Assembly (NCBI GenBank): GCA_030324005.1
Contig: JARDVH010000146.1
Location: 13,763,704 to 13,827,703 of the forward strand
Reading direction: 5' to 3'
DNA: 64,000 nucleotides
Source of the DNA: Negaprion brevirostris
Lineage: Eukaryota
Shown here piece by piece: positions 60,496 through 64,000 of the stretch. Positions within the stretch are counted from its first letter, which is position 1; each line of letters starts with the position of its first letter. The notes below the pieces were generated by a model. That model saw nothing but the letters and a program-made list of their open reading frames with translations, ran no database searches and had not been told where the DNA came from. Both the position numbers and the translations under genes were made by a program.

Positions 60496-62295
60496 AGTCA
60501 TAGAAGTTTATAGCATGGAAACAGGCCCTTTGGCCCAACTTGTCCATGCTACCTCTTTTCTTTAACCCTAAGCTAGTCCCAGTTGCCCGCATTTGGCCCA
60601 TATCCCTCTACACCCATCTTACCTATGTAACTATCCAAATGCTTTTTAAAGACAAAATTGCATCCACCTTTACTACTAGGTCTGGCAGCTTGTCCCAGAC
60701 ACACACCAGCCTCTGTGAAAAGAATTACCCCTCTGGACTCTTTTGTATCTCTCCCCTCTCATCGTAAACCTATGCCATCTAGTTTTAGACTCCCCTATCT
60801 NNNNNNNNNNNNNNNNNNNNNNNNNNNNNNNNNNNNNNNNNNNNNNNNNNNNNNNNNNNNNNNNNNNNNNNNNNNNNNNNNNNNNNNNNNNNNNNNNNNN
60901 NNNNNNNNNNNNNNNNNNNNNNNNNNNNNNNNNNNNNNNNNNNNNNNNNNNNNNNNNNNNNNNNNNNNNNNNNNNNNNNNNNNNNNNNNNNNNNNNNNNN
61001 NNNNNNNNNNNNNNNNNNNNNNNNNNNNNNNNNNNNNNNNNNNNNNNNNNNNNNNNNNNNNNNNNNNNNNNNNNNNNNNNNNNNNNNNNNNNNNNNNNNN
61101 NNNNNNNNNNNNNNNNNNNNNNNNNNNNNNNNNNNNNNNNNNNNNNNNNNNNNNNNNNNNNNNNNNNNNNNNNNNNNNNNNNNNNNNNNNNNNNNNNNNN
61201 NNNNNNNNNNNNNNNNNNNNNNNNNNNNNNNNNNNNNNNNNNNNNNNNNNNNNNNNNNNNNNNNNNNNNNNNNNNNNNNNNNNNNNNNNNNNNNNNNNNN
61301 NNNNNNNNNNNNNNNNNNNNNNNNNNNNNNNNNNNNNNNNNNNNNNNNNNNNNNNNNNNNNNNNNNNNNNNNNNNNNNNNNNNNNNNNNNNNNNNNNNNN
61401 NNNNNNNNNNNNNNNNNNNNNNNNNNNNNNNNNNNNNNNNNNNNNNNNNNNNNNNNNNNNNNNNNNNNNNNNNNNNNNNNNNNNNNNNNNNNNNNNNNNN
61501 NNNNNNNNNNNNNNNNNNNNNNNNNNNNNNNNNNNNNNNNNNNNNNNNNNNNNNNNNNNNNNNNNNNNNNNNNNNNNNNNNNNNNNNNNNNNNNNNNNNN
61601 NNNNNNNNNNNNNNNNNNNNNNNNNNNNNNNNNNNNNNNNNNNNNNNNNTTCCTATTAGACAGCCAATCCTCTATCCACGCTAACACCTTACCCCCAACT
61701 CCGTGCACCCTAACCTTCTGCAGCAATGTTTTGTGAGGCACCTTATCAAATTCCTTTTGAAAATCGAGAAACACCACGTCCACCAGTTCCCCTCTGTCTA
61801 CTGCACTAGTCACATCCTCATAGAAATCCAATAAATTTGTTAAACATGACTTCCCCTTAACGAATCCATGCTGCGCCTGCTCGATCAAACCATTCTTTCC
61901 TAGGTGCCTCGCTATTTCTTCTTTGATGACGGACTCTAGTATTTTTCCAACTACCGACGTTAAACTAACCGGCCTATAATTCCCTGCCTTTTGTCCACCT
62001 TATCTACCTCGATTTATCTACCTTGATGCGCTTTAAGACTTCCAGTACTTCCTTCTCTATTGTAAGTACACTCAAGACATCACTATTTATTTCCCAAGTT
62101 CCCTAACATCCATGTTTATCTCAACAGTGAATACTGATGAGAAATATATATTTAGGATCTCACCCATCTCTTGTGGATCGCACAAAGCTGACCTTGTTGA
62201 TCCTTAAGAGATTCTACTCTCTCCCTAGCTATTCTTTTGCCCTTTATGTATTTGTAGAAGCTCTTTGGATTCTCCTTTGCCTTATCTGCCAACTC
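60496..62295 (-). mobile_element. CR1 LINE pieces spanning an 849-N gap
   Basis: QHGFVKGKSCLTNLLDFYEDVT...DFQKEFDKVPH. The 3' tail at 60496-60800 is homologous to 29510-29815. Confidence 0.85.
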
Positions 62296-63642
62296 ATCAG
62301 CCCTAGTTATTCACTTTCTAAAGTCTGTCACACAGTTCAAAAATGTAGTCTCAGAATGCTGACTCACCAATTTCTCCCTGATCAATTTAAGTGGTCATCT
62401 TATCTCATGCCAAAAATCAATTCAAATGGACAGAATTTAGTTGATTCATTAGATACACCCCTATTGCAGCAAGTACAAATGTGAGATTAAGATGCTTCAT
62501 TCCAGAAGTAATTCTACTGACAAATTAAGAATCTTTTAAAGCCAAACACAGTTCAAGTATAATGCTAACAAATTAAAGCAGTTTAACTCATTAACACTTG
62601 AATAACAGTTAAAAATGAGAGGAAACAACTTTAATTTCTCACAGTTTCAGTTCCACATAAGCAAGTTCTCTTACAAACTTAAAATTCCACTTGAAATATC
62701 ATTAGCAACCATAAATACACTTGCTATGAGGGGTGCAGTCAATCTTGAAGCTTTCAGAGAGAGGTTTTGAGTTTCAGAACAGTTTGCAGATCTCTGTCTT
62801 TAAACAAACACCAGCCAGAACTGAAAAGCTGTTTTTTCTCTGCTGCATACCTAGCTGTTCCCATTAACCATTATTACATGATTCTGTCAAACAACCTAAT
62901 CAAAAATACCAGGGGAAATCTTAATCTGTAAATAAGAATCGATTCGCTCTCTCCTAAGTACACGAAGTAATTATCCCACTTTCCCAGTGTCTGCACTGCA
63001 TTTCCTCCAGATATACTGACTGCCTGTATAAAAAAGCTGACTATTAAAATATTCCCTTTCAATATAAATATATATACATCTACTATTATTACACTAGCCT
63101 ACAAAGCTGTTGCATTACTTCATTCATATGATTGGATGTAATCTTTCCCAAGATGCTATAATCCACATTTAATAATTCAAAATCTTTAAATTCCAACTAT
63201 TCTCTTTAGTTTTAAAGCTAAACTTATGATACTTTTAAGAGAAACCAACATAAATCTCAAAACTCATACGAAGGTTTTCAGGTCAGTGGATCTTTATCTT
63301 TCTTTTATTCCACTTATTGCCACACATGTTTTTCACCTTCCTTCAAATCCTCTTAAATAAAAGTGCTAACTTTCTCCACTTCCAATACGGAAATGTCTTC
63401 TGTTTGACATTACACCTGAAAAGAACATTGGTGTGAGATGGAAGCCAGGATCTAACAGCTGAGAAGACAGAAAATGTACGTGAAAAACCAGGAGAAACAG
63501 CCATGGTAGAATAATGTTCAAACAGCACAATTTTGCTGGAGGAAGAAAGCAAATAACTAGCCTTATGTTGGACTTCATTATTGTAAAGAGTATTACAATC
63601 AAGGTTGATAAACTACAGTCATAATTGCCATATGGGGTTTAT

Positions 63643-63900
63643 AATATAAAATAGAAATTGCTGGCAAATACTCAACAGGACTGGTGGCATCTGTAAAGAA
63701 GTTAATATTTCACGTCTGTGACCTTCCGAACTGCAAAAAGTTTATGATCAACAGAGTTTGAGTAAGTCCAGAGGCATGTGAAGAGAACAGTAAAATGGAA
63801 GATCTGTGATTGGGCAGAGGGCAAGAAAGTTTAATGGAAAAGGGGACAATCGTGAAAAGCAAAAGATGATATCAGTGGGAGAAATAAAGAAAAAAATATG
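63643..63900. mobile_element. Penelope-like repeat fragment
   Basis: aaaatagaaattgctggcaaatactcaacaggactggtggcatctgt...gttaatatttca, similar to 54465-54535. Confidence 0.55.
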
Positions 63901-64000
63901 GCTCAGGAGCAGGGATTGGCAAACATTTTGCCCTGATGGCCACATCTGGGTTTGTAAATTATCTGGTAGGCCATAAATTATTAAGAAATGAACAATACAA

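Noticed and set aside
60658-61888. Long ORFs of 313-367 aa (also 41948-42565 and other X-rich ORFs)
   Set aside because: Their length comes from N runs. The real parts are CR1 fragments or non-coding.

Overview
This is eukaryotic, AT-rich, repeat-dense draft-assembly DNA with many N gaps. The repeat families (HE1/V-type SINEs, Deu-domain SINEs, CR1, Rex-like and RTE LINEs, Penelope-type fragments) point to a cartilaginous fish, most likely a shark; this is inference. One host gene runs across the window on the + strand: an SLC9A1/NHE1-type Na+/H+ exchanger. I can read coding exons 2-11 with GT-AG junctions and consistent phases (21219-52006). The C-terminal coding end (SPSQRVHRFLSDPGP...stop at 54869-54871) is also readable, followed by a probable ~2.3 kb 3' UTR. 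Exon 1 lies upstream of the window. The rest is mostly transposon debris, including an old full-length Gypsy with both LTRs, a tRNA-Ser PBS and a PPT, a Copia-type relic, a Gmr1-type Gypsy (integrase before RT), Penelope fragments with hammerhead-like cores, and a MITE. The most notable points are the inhibitor-resistance-type TM4 motif (VFFFYLLPP), a remodelled C-terminal phospho-regulatory tail, and a terminal exon whose 5' part is missing or replaced by repeat sequence. I found no convincing wholly new biological system, and nothing prokaryotic such as CRISPR or operons.
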